A stretch of 52,263 nucleotides of DNA, counting the filler, from Dirinaria sp. TL-2023a (taxonomy: Eukaryota): the NCBI GenBank assembly GCA_051941275.1. It is 3 parts of 3 records of this genome, joined end to end, with 100 filler letters (N's around TTAATTAATTAA, not from the genome) between each part and the next. Parts side by side here need not be neighbours in the genome. Positions count along the whole stretch, not along the records: positions 34,923 to 52,263 come from JAVEBF010000434.1; 2 more parts are not named here. The stretch is one strand, 5' to 3'. The notes beneath the pieces were generated by a model. The model worked only from the letters and a program-made list of their open reading frames with translations. It made no database searches and was not told the DNA's origin. This document shows, one piece after another, positions 35,454 to 51,524 of the stretch. Both the position numbers and the translations under genes were made by a program. The stretch's first letter is position 1; every line of letters begins with the position of its first letter.

Positions 35454-38400
35454 TCAGCCCTGGTCGTGATCCCGCACATTATCTGGCGTGACCGTCACCT
35501 GGCTCACATCACTGGCCTGCCTGCTCATTGAATCCTTCAACGGCCCCCATTTCCCGGTCGTCGGTTTTAAATGAGCACCCTCCACACTCTCCACCGTACT
35601 CACGCTCGGCGTCGTGTTCCTGGCGGCAACTTCCATGCTCGAGTCACCGCTGAGATCGTGCTTCAGCTTCGGGATCTGAAGATTGCTCGCCGAGTCCTGT
35701 TCGCGATCGAGCCGTGTAATGTTCTCCTCGGTGAGCTTGGCGCGTGGAAGGCCAGGCCGGATCGCGGGCGATTTGTGAGGTGGGTGGGCTATCGTGAAGC
35801 CCGGAGTTGTACTCGGGTGCGCCTCACTTGCGGCGAGTAACTTGTCGTCCCGTAACGCGGTGGCTTTCTCCTCGGCTTCCGCTCGTTGTAAACCTCTGTC
35901 ACCCTCAGACTTGACGAGACCTTGCAGGGTGCCCGCTTCCAGAACCAGTGGATTGCCATCACTATTGGGGACCGACTGACCGCTCTCGGGCGTGCCACTC
36001 GCCGAAAATGGTCGATCGTCGCAAGGAGTATCATCGTCGTGTAGATCGTCGACCGGCTTGAGTCGCCCAGCTTTCCGGCCTTCGACGGCCCACTTCCGAA
36101 GCTTGCTCTCCAGCGTTGCGCCTTTCACAGGCTTCGCAAGATAATCATCCATGCCAGCTGCCTGACATTTTTCTTTGTCCCCTTGGATCGCAGAAGCGGT
36201 CATCGCTATGATCGGGATTGTTCGAAGGTCTTCGATGACTGCGAATGGCTTATGGTGGCGAATGCGATGCGTCGCTTGATAGCCATCAAGCAACGGCATT
36301 TGTACATCCATCAGTATGATGTTGGGCCTGGGATGAACAGCTGATGGCTCCGCTTTCAAATAATCAAGAGCCTGTTGGCCGTTCCAAACGGCGTTCACCG
36401 AATAACCGAATTTCTTTACGGTTTTCATGGCAATGGTCTGATTAATATCACTGCAGCATGTTAGAGCCCATATTCAAGCATAAAATGCATTCCGCAGCTT
36501 ACTTGTCCTCCACAACCAACACATGAATCTTCTGCCTGTTCAAATCCTTGGACATGGCTTCTTGTTTGGGGTTTTGGTGTATGGATGGAAAATGCTTGGG
36601 TTGAGATCTCTGGTTCAGGGAGCCAGATCTTGACGGAACTAGAGGTAGGGCAATACCAAGCGAGTCTTGAGGACTTTGCGGTGGAGTACCGCTGCCCAGT
36701 CCGTTGTCAGACGTGCAGCCCGAGACGGATACCTCGGACTTCAGCCTTTCGGGTATGGAGCCGATGTCAACAAAAACAGATGCGCTGCTTGTGAACGAAG
36801 GCTTGTTGAATGGGATCCAGAATGTAGCTTTGGTGCCGCTATCCAACGCAGAGTCAAGGGTGATTTCGCCATGCATGAGATCAACAAGCTAGAGCGTATT
36901 AGCCAATCTTCCCAGCGCTGTAGTTGTCGCCGGCCTTACATTTTTACATATCGTTAGACCTAACCCAGTACCGCCGAATCGTCGTGCGGTGCTTGAGTCG
37001 GCTTGACTGAACGGTTTGAACAATCGCTTCCGAACCTCCTCTTCGATACCTATGCCTGTATCCTCAACGGAGAACAGAACATCTATCGTTTCAGCGGTCT
37101 CCTTCTTGGCTTCCACAGACAACTTGACCGAGCCTTCCGAGGTGAATTTGATGCTGTTCGTTAAGAGGTTGGTAAGTATTTGCCGAACACGTCCAGGATC
37201 TCCCATAACAACCAAATCTCTGTGAGTGCCAACCCGCACGTCGCTTTCGAAGGTCAAGTTCTTCCTCTCCGCGGCAAATGATAGCATTTTGCAAACGTCT
37301 CCAATAACCACGGATAAGCTGAACTGAACTTCTTCAATATCGAGCCTGCCGGATTCGACCTTCGATAGGTCTAATATGTCATTGATAACCGTCAATAAGC
37401 CATTCGCTGATCTCTGAATGTTTTCCGCAGAGTCCCTCTGTTCCTCGTCTAGATCAGTGTCGAGAAGAATCTCTGACATGCCAATCACTCCCGCAATAGG
37501 TGTTCTGATCTCATGCGACATATTAGCCAAGAATTGAGACTTTAATCTGCTCGCTTCCTTCGCCGCGGTTTCGGCGGATAACAATCTGATGTTCTCCTTT
37601 TCTCGAGCATGAAGCTCGGCTTCCTGCTTTTTCATCTCCGTGACATCCATGCTAATACCAATAACTCCCTCCACATGCCTATCGTCCTTGGAGCCTTTCG
37701 AACGCGCAAGCATAGGTACAAACAGTGTTCGAAACCAGCGTCCATTACCATTAATGTGATGCTCCTGAGTCTGCTCAGCATCTTCGCCGCTGAGTATCCG
37801 CTCTATCGACGCTTGGTAAAGGGGAAGATCAATTTTGCCTTGGTTCCGACCGAAGACTTCATAGACGTTCTTCCCAATGGAATCCTCAGTGATGTGATCG
37901 TCTATAGGGTCCCACATGAGTTTTCCTTCCAGGAATGTCAGGATTCGATGCCTGTCCACCACCCATAACGTAGCATGGGCGTGTCTTATCACATTCAGCA
38001 GCTGCTCGCGCATACGTTGCGCCTGTTGGCGAGCTTCAACGACGTCATGAATGTCCGTGCAAGTTCCAAACCATTTGGTAATCTTGCCTGACCGAGTATC
38101 GCGTAAAGGTAAAGCTCGGCCCAGCATCCATCGGGCGGCTCCATCCTTTCTGAAGCAGCGGTACTCCGTGGTATACTCGTCTCCTGTCTCGAGGGAATGC
38201 TTCCAGCGCTTTGAAGCTTCCTCCATGTCTTGGGGGTGAAAAGCTTTCTGCCAAGAGTCGCCTAGAGATGACTCCATTAAAAGTCCAGTATAATCATACC
38301 ATCGCCGCGAAAACCAATCGTGGGCTCCATCAGCCTTGGCTGTCCACAAGATTTGTGGCATGCTGTCACATATAAGCTGGAATTGCTGGTCATTTTCTTC

Positions 38401-39918
38401 ATCTTGAGCTTTGAGCATGTTGGTGTATTCGGTAACGTCTTTCAATGAAACCATACCGGCTTGAAACTCCCCCGTGACTCTATCAGCAATGGCTTTTCCA
38501 CTAACGTCGTACTGCCTACGCCCTAGGGTAGGGTGGATGATACCAACTCTCCAGCCATTGAATGGCTGTCGGGTCTTGCAAAGCTGTACAATGGGGAATT
38601 CCTCAGGCTCCAGTGATCGCTTGAAGTCGTCTGTGAAGACTTTGAATTGCGAGAGAACATCATAAGTGTCTTCTGACGTTGGATCGACGCGTTTATGCAT
38701 GAGCTCTGCGGCAGCTCTGTTTGGGATGGCTAAACTCTCGTCATGCCACATCACAAACACTGGATAGTCAATAGCGTCCGTGATGGCATCCTTCATCCGA
38801 TCAAGTTTTTTCAAGACCATTGGTGAAGAAGCAATGTCGGATTTTGCGGGTGCGCCAAGGGGAGGGAACGGCGAAGTTGAAGATGGTAACATGGTAGGAG
38901 AATTTAGGTTGGAAGGATACCCGAATCCACAATTTGAACAACGATTCGGACTAGTCGGGGAAGTCGGCGATGGGCTTGAATACGCAGCAGACGTCGCGCT
39001 TCGAGATACGGTACGAGAGTGTGTCCGCATAGGGGATAGGGAGGTAGCCGTTGTACTTGTGAATGTGCAGGTAAAGTATCGCTCATTGTCTAGTCTCCAA
39101 ATCGAAATAATCATGTTCGCTTGGACTTGACCTTCCAATACCGGTGAAGTATGGTTCTTCTTCGGCAATTCATTGAGTGCTTCCATGTTCTGAGACGACA
39201 GAACTACATTAACAAGGGAGTCATGGACAAGGTTTCGATCGTGGGCCTTGGTCGGAGGAGATTGTCGAGCTTCAGAAGTGTCGGATTGGTGGTGGTCTTT
39301 AACACTACTTAGAACCGGGCTCGCTGGTTTTTCTATTTCCTCCGACGGCGCATCCGAGTCTATCTCTTCAGCTAAGTTGTCGAGGAATTTCTCCCAGCTG
39401 ACCCATATTCTCTGTCCTGACTGTAACATTTGCACTCCGATCTGTGAAAGGGACTGACCCAGGAGCAGATCCGGAGTTGCATGCCCTCCCGAACCTCCTT
39501 CGTTTCGTTTGCCATCTTGACCTTCATATGCTCCCAATCCCAGCAGTCTCCCCATAGCTTCATTTGCCAGTATGATGGTTTTCGTGCTTGAGAGGACGAG
39601 TAGAGGGGTTGGAAGATATTGCAAGGCTTGGAAAGCGGCTTCTGCAGCTGGGGCTTGTTTTGGTATTCTGATCGAGAGGGTCTGGCTACTCCTCGCTGAC
39701 TCCGATGACCGCGGCTGCTCTTGGTGATGCGTACCATCCTGTTGGTCCTTTGGCGATGCTGAGCCATCATATGTGGGTTGGGCGGGAGTGGACGGCCTGC
39801 CGTCAAAAGACGCGGACAGGGCTTTTTTCAAAGTGGGGTATCTAGAAGGCTCCTGGCCTCCAAGGCGTGTACTGTTAGGGCCATCTTGGTCTTCCAACCA
39901 AGGCGGTAGCCCCGTCAT
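35454..39918 (-). CDS. Cytosolic PAS/PAC hybrid two-component histidine kinase, 3 exons
   Basis: PAS/PAC (WQKAFHPQD...EYRC..WFGTCTDI), H-box FLANMSHEIRTP, N/G boxes NLLTNSIKFT, DTGIGI and GGTGLGL, and receiver domain VLVVED...ILMDVQMP...YLAKP. Confidence 0.95.
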
Positions 39919-40593
39919 GGTCTACCATGAGCGTGAGAAGGTTCGCAGTCCCTGGGCTGTTCCCTTGCTGTTTTGAGCATGCGCAATGGCTCCGCTTTTG
40001 TGATTTGGAGCACCACCAAGAATGAGTCGACTACGCCATTCTTGTAAAAGTTTGAGCAGGACCTCTCACTCTGGATCACATCGATCAAAGATGCCTGGTT
40101 GGCAGGGAAGCGGGGGAAGCTCTGGTCGAGAGATGTGGTGTAGACAACATGGAATAGTGTGCTGGCATAGGCACAGGCACAGGCAATTCATGTTACAGAT
40201 GTGACGCCCGCAGAATTCCACCGGCGCTGTTGCTTGGCTTCGGAGCTAAAGCAGGTGAAGAGATTAAGGTAAAAAGTAGTGCCGAGGCTGCCCCCCTCTC
40301 GGCAAATGCGGGCCGTCCGGGTAGGATTTGATGCGAGACATGGAGAGGGAGGAGAGGGACTACCGAGACTGCGAGAGTACTCCGTACCTTACTGTACTCC
40401 TACCTGGAAATTGCAGTCCAGACCCCAACCTCCATTCTGGGAACATACGGTATCTAGAACTTTACGTGTTGGACCTCCACGCAGAGATGGGTCGGATGAG
40501 ACATCTACTTTGGCAAAATCGCTGAAGTCCGACTATGACTTGATATTGTAATTGTAATTCGATCAGAACCGACTCTTTCACCAATTTTCATCA

Positions 40594-43500
40594 TCATCCT
40601 AGCACTTGGCTGCTCTGCAGCTCCCGCCACAGCTCAGGCTCTAAGAATTTTCCCACACTAACATCCTCACTCAGGCCTTTTCGCCGCCTCGTCTTCAACA
40701 CGAAGTCCCTGGCAGTCTGCTGCGCGCTCGCCATCTCCAACGGCCTCACCCGAACACTCTTATCCAACGGATCCCCGGGCACAACTTCCCACCGCTCGAA
40801 TACCAGGCTCAGCATCGCCTGCCCTTGGGTATGAATCCTGACATCGGTCTCAAAGCCAAAGGAATCGATCACCGGGATGAGACCCTTGACGCTGTACAAA
40901 GGCGTTCCCGCTATGGGTCCATCGGAGAGCACGTGCCCTCGTCGGCGAGAGAGCACGGTGTAAAGGGCGGAAACAGAGTCGGCCGGGCCAGTCATACTAA
41001 CGCCATACAGGGGCTCGAGGAGGCGGGGGGAGGCGGTAAGGAAGGAGGAGTAGATTGTGCGTCGAGCTGTAGGAATAATCTGCCCTGAGCCACGCGAGAT
41101 GGCATCGCTCGCAAGTGACAGATCCGTGAGCTTAAATCTCGTATTGCGAATCGGTTCTTCGCAAAGCGGGCCTTCACGCGTGCCCCAGCTGAAGCCTTGT
41201 CGGATGGTGTCGCGGACGGTGTTGACTTGTTTCTTCTCGATTTGAGAGGGTAAGGTGTCGTCTTGGAGGATGTTCGGTCCCATGTCATCGGGTCCGAAAG
41301 CCCAGATTGAGCGGGACGCCAGTTTGTCCCAGTCGTAGTTTTCTTCGAAGAATTGCCCAACCTTTCGGATCGGATCTTTGATGTTGACTTTCCCAGATTC
41401 GATATCCTGGGCGATGCCGTCGTCGAGCGGCTCCGCGATCATGGTGATTTTGTTCTTCTTGTTGGGGGTGATGGCGTAACACATAATGGCGCTGGTTTCC
41501 ACGACTGTTTCGCAGAAGCGTGTCACAGGATCCGAGACTTTCAGCTCCATTTCGGAGTACAATCTTCGTAGATCGTGCAGGACGCAGTCCATGTATAGTT
41601 CCCCAGTGCCAAGAATAACATGTTCACCTGACTCTTCGACTTTAGTAGTGATGAGGGGGTAGGATTTATTGACTCTGCGCAGTCCGTCCAGCATTTTGGG
41701 GAGCTCAGAAGGATTGATGGGTTCGACGGCGACTTTGAAGACGGACTCGGTGAAGTGTTTTATAGGTTTGAATATGTACGCTTCTTCGTCGTCAGGGAGG
41801 CGAGGGGGAACTATGGTAGCCGTTTTGACGATGGAATTGTCGACGCCGCTGAGCAGGACCCAGTTTCCAGCCGGCACACCCGTGGTGGGAATATTGTAGC
41901 GTGACTCCGCAATCCAGGTGTCGGCAATGGTCGCGATGGTCATGTCTTCTTCGTCATCCACAGTGTAGCCCTCACCTAGAACGCGAACTTGTTGGCCAGA
42001 TTTGGCAATGCCGCTCATGACTCGTCCGAAGGAGAAGAAGCCTGCTGCATCGGTGGTGTTGAAGAGTTTGGTAATCTGGATTACCAGGGGGCCGTCTTGG
42101 TCACATTTCTCGATCGAGGTGTAAACTTTGGTGTCCTGCGGTCCGGTATAATAGCGATCGAGCTTCTTCTTTGCACCTTCGAGCGGCGATGGTACATGCT
42201 CGACTATCATATCAACGAATCCCTCAGCTACACCGAAGAACTGCTCGCAAACCAACTTGAGAAGATCCTTCGCGTCGGTTCTGTACTGCGAAGGCTTCAA
42301 GGATATCCCGAGTGTCTTCAGAGTCTCCTTCAAATCACCTGGGCTTTCGCTTATGGTGTATGAATAGAGCTTGTAGATTGGTTCTAGTACGAATTTGACG
42401 AAAGTCCGTTTCGAATGCTCCTCAGTCCCTTTCCGGGTAAAAGACCTCCTTCTCGGGTTGAAGAATATATCGCCCCACAATCGAGCACTGAAGTCTTTGA
42501 CATTGAGATCTCCGTAACTATCCGCATACATCTTGGCGAATGAAGGTACTGTGAAACACCATCCCATGCTACTGCAAGCGAATGCGACGTTGCCTTTTTC
42601 TGGACTCACACGTTTGCTTTCACCGCGGCCAGGTATTGTGTTCTCAATGACGGTGTTGACTTCTTCAATGACATGCTTGAGCTTGAAGTAGGCATCCGAA
42701 GGCGGCAATCTCAGCTCAAGGATCAATCGATCCATCTTATTCACAACCAGTGTCATCGGCAGATCTTCCAGGACCGCATATTTGATGATCTGTTCCGTGT
42801 TTATCTGAACACCTTCAACAACATCCACCACTAGAACGACTCCATCGACGAGCCGTAATGATGCCGCAACTTCGTCCACGAAGTTCACGTGTCCGGGAGT
42901 ATCCAGTGTGTTAAATAGGTGTGACTTGCCTCTCGTTCCTTGCAATATTAGACTCATGGGCGATGACTTGATCGATATACCTCTCTCCCTTTCCAGCAGA
43001 TGGACATCTGTGTATCTGAGTTGTTCATCCCGCTTTCTCCCCGTCTTCTTCTCTAACCGCTCATTCAAATCATGCGTCTGAAGAACCAGCATATCCATTA
43101 AGGCGGTTTTTCCGTGATGCAAATGGCCGGCGAAAGCAATGTTCCTGATCTGTTCGGGAAAGTTCATAAGATCTGTCATAAAATCGCGAGAAAAGTGGAC
43201 CGGTGGTAGATCCGCCTCCTGAACGGCGAACTTCTTCTGCTGTATTGGAGCGATGATAGGTTGAGTGAGCGATTGCGTGTCTTCTTCCTGTACCATAGTC
43301 TCGACATCTGCTCCGTAGACCTGCTGGGCTGTGGGGTAATATTGCTTGTCTTCATGAAGGATGACGGCGTTGGAAGGACCATCTTCTGTTGCTCTATACA
43401 TTAGATGACACTCATGAGGGTGAAAGCTAAATTCATACCATCAATCTCCATGAGCTGCTGATCATTGGGCGCGCCATCTTCATCAGCCTCGGCGTCGAAG

Positions 43501-43647
43501 ACGTAGGCATCATGATCGTTTGCGCCGTGCTGCGATTCTTCTTCAGATTCCTCGGGCTCGCCGATAAAATTACCAAACCTAATGGCGTGAGCTCTGGTTC
43601 AAATCAACATGTGCCTGCAACTCTTACTCGTCATATAAATCGTCCAT
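40594..43647 (-). CDS. SNU114: U5 snRNP GTPase Snu114/EFTUD2
   Basis: MDDLYDE|FGNFIG start over two short introns, VILHEDKQYYP, GHLHHGKT, DTPGHVNF, NKMD and EF-2-like C-terminal domains. Confidence 0.97.
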
Positions 43648-43985
43648 GACTGCTGGCTTTCAACAGACTGGCATTGCAGAGCTGCTTTGAACCTTTCCCC
43701 AATACTCCCTCACTCCATAGCTCGCCTCCCTGCCTCGGCCCACGCCGAAAATCTGCGGTTGACGATTGATAAGATAGAATCTCTTGGCAGAACCCAGAGT
43801 CTTAGCGCAACCTAAACGGAACCTCCGCATCACTAGTACAACTATCGGCCGAGAATGTTTCCGATGGAGCCCTCCAGGAATTCATAAGTATGTCAGCTTA
43901 GACCATATCTCCTGATGATCAGGCCAGCTGGTGCTACGAAATCTAAACCAACTAAACCGATACTTGTATCATAGATTGGAAAATC

Positions 43986-45332
<1,347 letters not shown>

Positions 45333-45890
45333 CGTGATCTGCAAAGGAAAAAAAAACCGGCGACGGAGGTCGGTGGCTCGAGGGTGGGTGGGAATTGAAA
45401 CCGGATATAGTGGATAGATTTCGTCATAACATTAGCATGCTAAATTCGTGACTGAAGATTGCAAACAAAGACCAATCCTTTATCAACAAGCATTTATCGA
45501 GGCCCGAAAGATTGCATCTCTTACAACCTACTTTGTGTCGGTTTTGCGGCATACTTATGCTTTCTAGAAATGTCAGGCGTTTAAATGCTCATGGCCTAAG
45601 TGCTAGATGCGTTTGCTGGATGCTGGTTTTCGAATTCTAGAGGGGTTTATTGAACCTTTCGAATTTCAAGAGTCTTCAACGTCTAGGTAGCATCCATCAC
45701 CCAGAGTTTCGCACCGCGGCCTCCAGTACTTGAAGCTAATGAGGTATCAGCAGAAGTCATTGCATATGATCAGGTATGCTTTACACGGTACATGTATTTG
45801 CTCTTGCTGATGCTTAGCTCCTGGAGTAGTGTCGCTTGACGAAGGAGTTTTTCTTCTTTCTTTTTCTTTTGCTTTTCCTTTTTCTTTTTT

Positions 45891-46897
45891 TCACATCTCG
45901 CCACACTGTGCGATGGTAATGTCTGTAGCAGGCCTCTCACCCCGTAGCCGCGTATTCTCGACTTTTCGTACTACATCCATGCCATCCACGACCTTGCCGA
46001 AGACAACGTGCTTGTTGTTTAGGAACGGTGTTGGGACGGTAGTGATAAAAAATTGAGAGCCGTTAGTGTTGGGTCCTGAGTTCTGCAAATGAAAGGATAC
46101 TGTCAGTCCATTCGCACTTAGATCTGGGAGTCAGCCTTTGCGGTGGCGCTGAGGGAGGGATGGGGAAAAGTCACAAGTAGCCCAGAAAACCTAGATTATG
46201 GGCTTTCTTGATCGATTGGGATTTGTTTTGACAATGGAATAATGACATTCGTGCACGGCCTCCGCACTGCGAGATGCTGAGAAATTGAAGACCTACTGCC
46301 ATGCTCAGTAGTCCGGCAGCGTCATGTTTCAGCTTGAAGTTTTCATCGGCGAATGACTTTGTGCCGTAAATACATGCACTGCCAGTTCCATCACCGAATA
46401 TGAAATCGCCGCCTTGGATCATGAAGTCTTTGATCTGATTTAAACCCCTCATCAGCCTTCTGTGTACCATACTCCAACCAGCAGCTAGCGGATTTCACTG
46501 ACTACTCGATGGAACTTGCTCCCTTTGTAGCCTTGAGGTATTCCTTGAGCATTTTTTGTTTCACCAGTGCAATATTGTCGAAAGTTCTCGGCGGTCCTTG
46601 GCACCACATCTGCGAATAGTTCCATCTTGACACGGCCAAGCGGCTCTCCTGGAAGATATGCATCAGGTTCAAAATTCACGGAAACACTGTACAAATAGAA
46701 CCCCAATCGTTCAACAACAACTCAGCATAGGGAAAAAGCGATTATGGTTCTTCCAAAGGAATTAAGAAAGCATTCTTTGATGGCATTGCCAGTGAAAAAG
46801 GTCTCTACGAGTCAAAGTGGCATCATTTGAGAATCATCGACTCACCACCAAGTGCGATGTCAAAGAAAACGATAGGGTCACTCTTCGTCTCGGTCAT
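45891..46897 (-). CDS. PPIH: Cyclophilin-type peptidyl-prolyl isomerase, PPIH (U4/U6 snRNP cyclophilin H)-like
   Basis: Exons give [96 protein letters not shown] and the TPFL signature fit cyclophilin H. Confidence 0.85.
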
Positions 46898-48424
46898 CTT
46901 CACACGTGAAAATCAGCAAAGTCTGATCCAGTAATCGGAGCAATCCTGAGACAGTGTTCTGTGGGCCCTATCGAAGACGGTCCAGACAACAGGCGCAAGC
47001 CAAAATGACACCTCGGAGTAGAAGTCGGCCTACTCAAATGGTGCAATCTGGATCCGTGGCTCGAAGTGCGATCTGTTGAAAAGCTCGAAGTCCAAGAAAG
47101 GGCCGGTGCAGCGCAGTAGGCATCGAGAGAACATGCGCAGCCAATGAGGTGTGAGCGCGATACACCCTTTCGGCGCAGGGTAGAAGCCAGAAGGGGGAAA
47201 GGCGGGGAGTGCAGATGCAAGTCAAGCTTCCTTGCAGAGTCGAAAGATATGCAAAGCTCTTTATCAAATAGGCAATTGATCACCTTGCAACTTTCCGTCG
47301 CTGTTATTTGAAGCAAAAAGCACAAAGCAATCGTACAATAGCTCCGTCAGACCGGCACTCGGCCGGCGCAGTAAGTGAGGGGGGGATACGAGGATACCAG
47401 GGGGTGGAAGACGTAAACTTCTGTGAGCAGTCCACGCAGTCGTAATTGTGAAGCACGAGGATATATCTCACGATCTCTTCAGCGTAAAAGTATGACTGAA
47501 TTGAGCATGAGCTCACATGCAAAAAAAAAAATAATGCAAGGGTGGATTTCAATGCTTGAGGCACCTGCCGTAGGTACCAGTTAAGGTGACCGAAGGCAAT
47601 GTACCTTAGTGTGAATGTGGTAAGGTGTGAAAGTGTGTTGCGGAAGGGCGAGGGGGGGGACCGAGGGGACCCCTCGGAGGGATTGGGTTTAGACTCCAAC
47701 TAGGGTCTTGGCGTGGGCGAATTGCTGGATTCTCGCCCTTTCAATTCAATTCTCGCCTCGTCTCCTCGCCTGACCCTTCCTTCGCTTGTCCCCCAAATCC
47801 CCCCCCCCAAAAGCTTACTGGGAGTCAGTCACTACTACTCTCTCCGAGCAGTCCAGAGTTGATCCATTCGTGTAGCACGTCTTCACACACACACCATCAT
47901 GCTTGCTCTCCGTGTGCAAGTCAACTGAGATTCCCTCCAGTTTCCCCTTATTGTGAAGAAAAAGGCAAGCTGTCTTAGCAAAACATCCCGCCTTGGTCGG
48001 GTAAGCCGGGAACCAGCAAGTCTCCGGCATCACCACTTCATTTCCAGGATCATCCTCGCCACACTGACGCACCGAAGCCCAGCTGTACCTAGTGAAGCTA
48101 CTTTACAGTACCCTTTGAGCTTTCTCTCTGGCCTGAAATTTCATCGCCGTGAATCCTCTGATCCTCTCGAGCATTCGATGTGTGTCGCGCGACCAGCATA
48201 ATCACCTCTGCTCCACCGCAAATAAACAATACAACACTGCCGAGCTGCTGAAACCTGCTTCGAACTATGTTCATGCAACACTCAAATGGGAAACGTATAT
48301 GACGGCCACGCTGTAGCATTTGTCGTCCGCAATTTGGCTCCAGGTAGCTACTGACAATCGGCTTTTTCAGTGACCCATCAACTCACGCCTTCCAGGTTCT
48401 CACTCAACGTCGACTTCCTCGACT

Positions 48425-49865
48425 ATGCCCCATTCAACCACAACGGCGCCGCCATCGGCGACGTCGACAGCTTCCTCAAGTGGAGGAGGTGGTGGAGGTC
48501 CTACAAGCTCCCCACTGCTCTTTTTTGTCGCACTCGGCTTCGGTGTTGTGTTCACAAACTTATGGTACGCTTTGTGCAAATTCGAATGAAGTTGCCCTGC
48601 TTTTCTGAAGACTGTTTCTAATACTCATGCTTGTCATCAGGATCATTGTTGGCGTCAAATATTGCTTTCGGTACAACCAGAGGAATCGACGGCAACAGCA
48701 AGATGAAAACGGCGAGCCCATCGACATGACGGCCATGCCACGCCAGCATCGTCGTCGGAGGGAGAAAAAGCTGATGACCATGGACGAGGTCAACGAACGG
48801 TTTCCTTTAATGAAATACAAGGCATGGATGTCAAATCGTGCGGAAGAAGGACTGCCTACAGCTGGCGGGGTCGCTGGCCCCCAGAGTCGGCCTGCTAGTG
48901 TTCGGGACGCCGAAGGGACAGTCGCTGATGAAGACCATGCTCGGAAGTCAGGGGATACTGCTGAGCACGCTTCAACCGTGCATGGTACCCCTGAGAAGGG
49001 CAAGGAAAGCACGGAGATAGAGCACATTGCCAAGGAATCAGCTGAAACTCGCCCTGACGAACCCAATACAAAAGAATCTAAAGAGCCGAAAGAATCGAAA
49101 AGCGGACCAGAGACAGACCAGCCGGCCAACGCGAACGCGAACGCGAACGCGAACGCAGCACCACCACTAACCAGGCAGCAAGTGCATGAAGATGAGGACA
49201 TGGATGACGATGACCAGATACAGATTGCAGTCCCAACCGAGATGCTGGCGAATCCCGGTGATTCATGTGCTATCTGCTTAGACACGCTTGAAGACGATGA
49301 TGATGTCCGGGGATTGACGTGCGGCCATGCTTTCCATGCAAGCTGCCTTGACCCTTGGTTAACCAGTCGCCGTGCTTGCTGTCCATTATGCAAAGCTGAT
49401 TACTACGTACCCAAACCACGTCCTGAAGGCGAGGTCGCTGCTGAAGCCGAGCGTCACGGACGACGTCCGCCAGGCATGGGTGGAGCGCGAATGGACATGC
49501 CACATCCACCTCAATACGCCTTTCTAGGACGGGGTGGACGACCCAGGCTTGTCATGCCCGGCCGTTTTATGGCCGCCAGCAATCGTAGGGACGAACAGAA
49601 TCGGTACAGGCTTGCCAATGCCCAGCGTGTACCGCAACGGCAGCCGCCCCGAAACCCAACGAATCCGCCCACTCCGAATTCAAACACGCCGGCCGACCAG
49701 ACGAGTACCTGGAGATCTAGAATTGGCCGCCTTCCTCTGCCGACAACCACGCGCTTCTGGAGGCGAGGTGGTGGTACGGCTGGCACTACAGACCAAAACG
49801 GTGCAAGTAGCAATGATGCCCCGACAGATCCTACCCCAGGCCAACTTGAGGCAGGTCAGAGGTGA
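48425..49865 (+). CDS. Membrane-anchored RING-H2 finger protein (putative E3 ligase)
   Basis: Exon 1 encodes SSPLLFFVALGFGVVFTNLW, spliced to IIVGVKYCFRYN. RING-H2 motif: CAICLD...LTCGHAFHASCLDPWL..CPLC. Confidence 0.9.
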
Positions 49866-50650
49866 CGGAGGCTTGAGACAGAAAGAGCAAATGGGGTGGT
49901 AATCCGCAGACCAGGGTGGAGTTAGGGGTTTGGTGGGGGTTTTACGATACGATATCCCTTTAATTGCGAATATTATGGCGAGGCACTGGTCATTTCTTTA
50001 CGCCGTTGCGCGAGATCAAGATCTGTGTGGAATTGATAGTGGGGCTTGCGTGTCCTTAAATACATTTAAGCATTCTAGCGAGGCCTGGTGGAAGGTTTGC
50101 ATGAGCCCGTAACGGATGGCATTTGCCTTGCACAGATAGCTTCCATACATAGCATCTCCAATTCGGCGTCCGATGCTTTTTCAACACGAGCTTCCAACAT
50201 GCCTGCCCACGAGTTTTGTGACTGTAATGAGCGAAAGCGTCTTGTAAATGCATAAGCCTGTTCTACAAGCGTCTTCTGATGCTGTGCTACGCGCATTCAT
50301 ATCTCTAAAAGCCGACTGATACAGTGGCCTTAACATTATTAAGGCTATCCACGTTTCGATTGTTCGACTTGAATGTTGCGCAGAATAGATTCGACTGCGC
50401 CCTTGAAAAAGTCCAACATCGACAGCTTAAGCATCTAAAGATCCTAGGTTAGCAAGGGTTAGTACTTTGATTCTCGAGACTGCGCACTACTCTTCCTAAA
50501 TCTCCACGCTTCTCGCCTGCCACCTCTTCAAACCAGTAAAAGCATTCAACTTTCATTCTGCTTGACTTTCTGCGCGCTCTGGTTTCTGTTCGTTCTCATC
50601 GTCCTCATCGTATCCTCGGCATTCAGACATACACAATTCTAGAAGCAGAC

Positions 50651-51524
50651 ATGTCTCAAAACGATATTGTTAGGGAACCCAACGAGGAGTCCCAGCAACC
50701 TTCCATATCGCCGTCACCGGAGAGTTCCGAGACGCAAACTGGTCACGCATCGCCAGTACCCGAGTCCACGTTCAATATTCACTCTAAGGTCAGCGGGACG
50801 ATCGAGGGCCACAATACCAACGAAAAGTCTGCTGGCGATGCTGAGAAGACGGCCGAGACTAATCAAACTAGAGGATCCTCCGAGAATGCTCATACACCGA
50901 AACCAATGCCTGAAGATGACACCTTAGGCAGTTCCAAGGACCCTCTTGAAGAGTACAGCTGGGCGGAGCTCGAAGAGCGATTCGCGGCCCGGATGGAGGA
51001 GTGTGGGCTCAAGGAAGTAGAGATATGGAAAGAGTTTCAGGAGTGGCTGGAGGTATGTGCTGACTTGCACTTTCTAATCATTGTCCTCACCAGATATAAA
51101 CCTGCCAAACCAACACAACCTCATTTGCATCGGAGAGTCAATCGTTTGCACTCTTCTGAGCTGTACTAATCCCACGCCCCCATCTAGGTCTTCAAAGCAT
51201 GGACCTCGGTGACCTCCGTCCATGAAGAAGAGAGAGCCAGCAAGCGGTACGCAACCCTTCTTCCCTTTTCTCCACGAAACCCGTAAAACATAGAGCATGG
51301 GAAACTGACAGCAGACCCCGTAGTCTCCGAACCCGCATCACCTACGTCCAGGACAAAGAGTCTGCTCTCAACGAAAAAAGACAACATTGTAAGCCCCTGA
51401 AATCGCTGGCTCTCTCCCCTATAACACCCATTGCTTCCCTTATAAAGGTAGCTGACAGAAACTCAACACAGATGTGAAAGTAGTCCGCGCATTCGAATCC
51501 GCTCTCGCTTTAATGGCTGAATAA
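50651..51524 (+). CDS. Small uncharacterised fungal protein with a C-terminal helical/coiled-coil domain, 4 exons
   Basis: Acidic disordered N-terminus. Spliced exons give EEYSWAELEERF...EWLE|VFKAWTSV..EEERASKR|LRTRITYVQ..EKRQH|YVKVVRAFESALALMAE*. Confidence 0.75.
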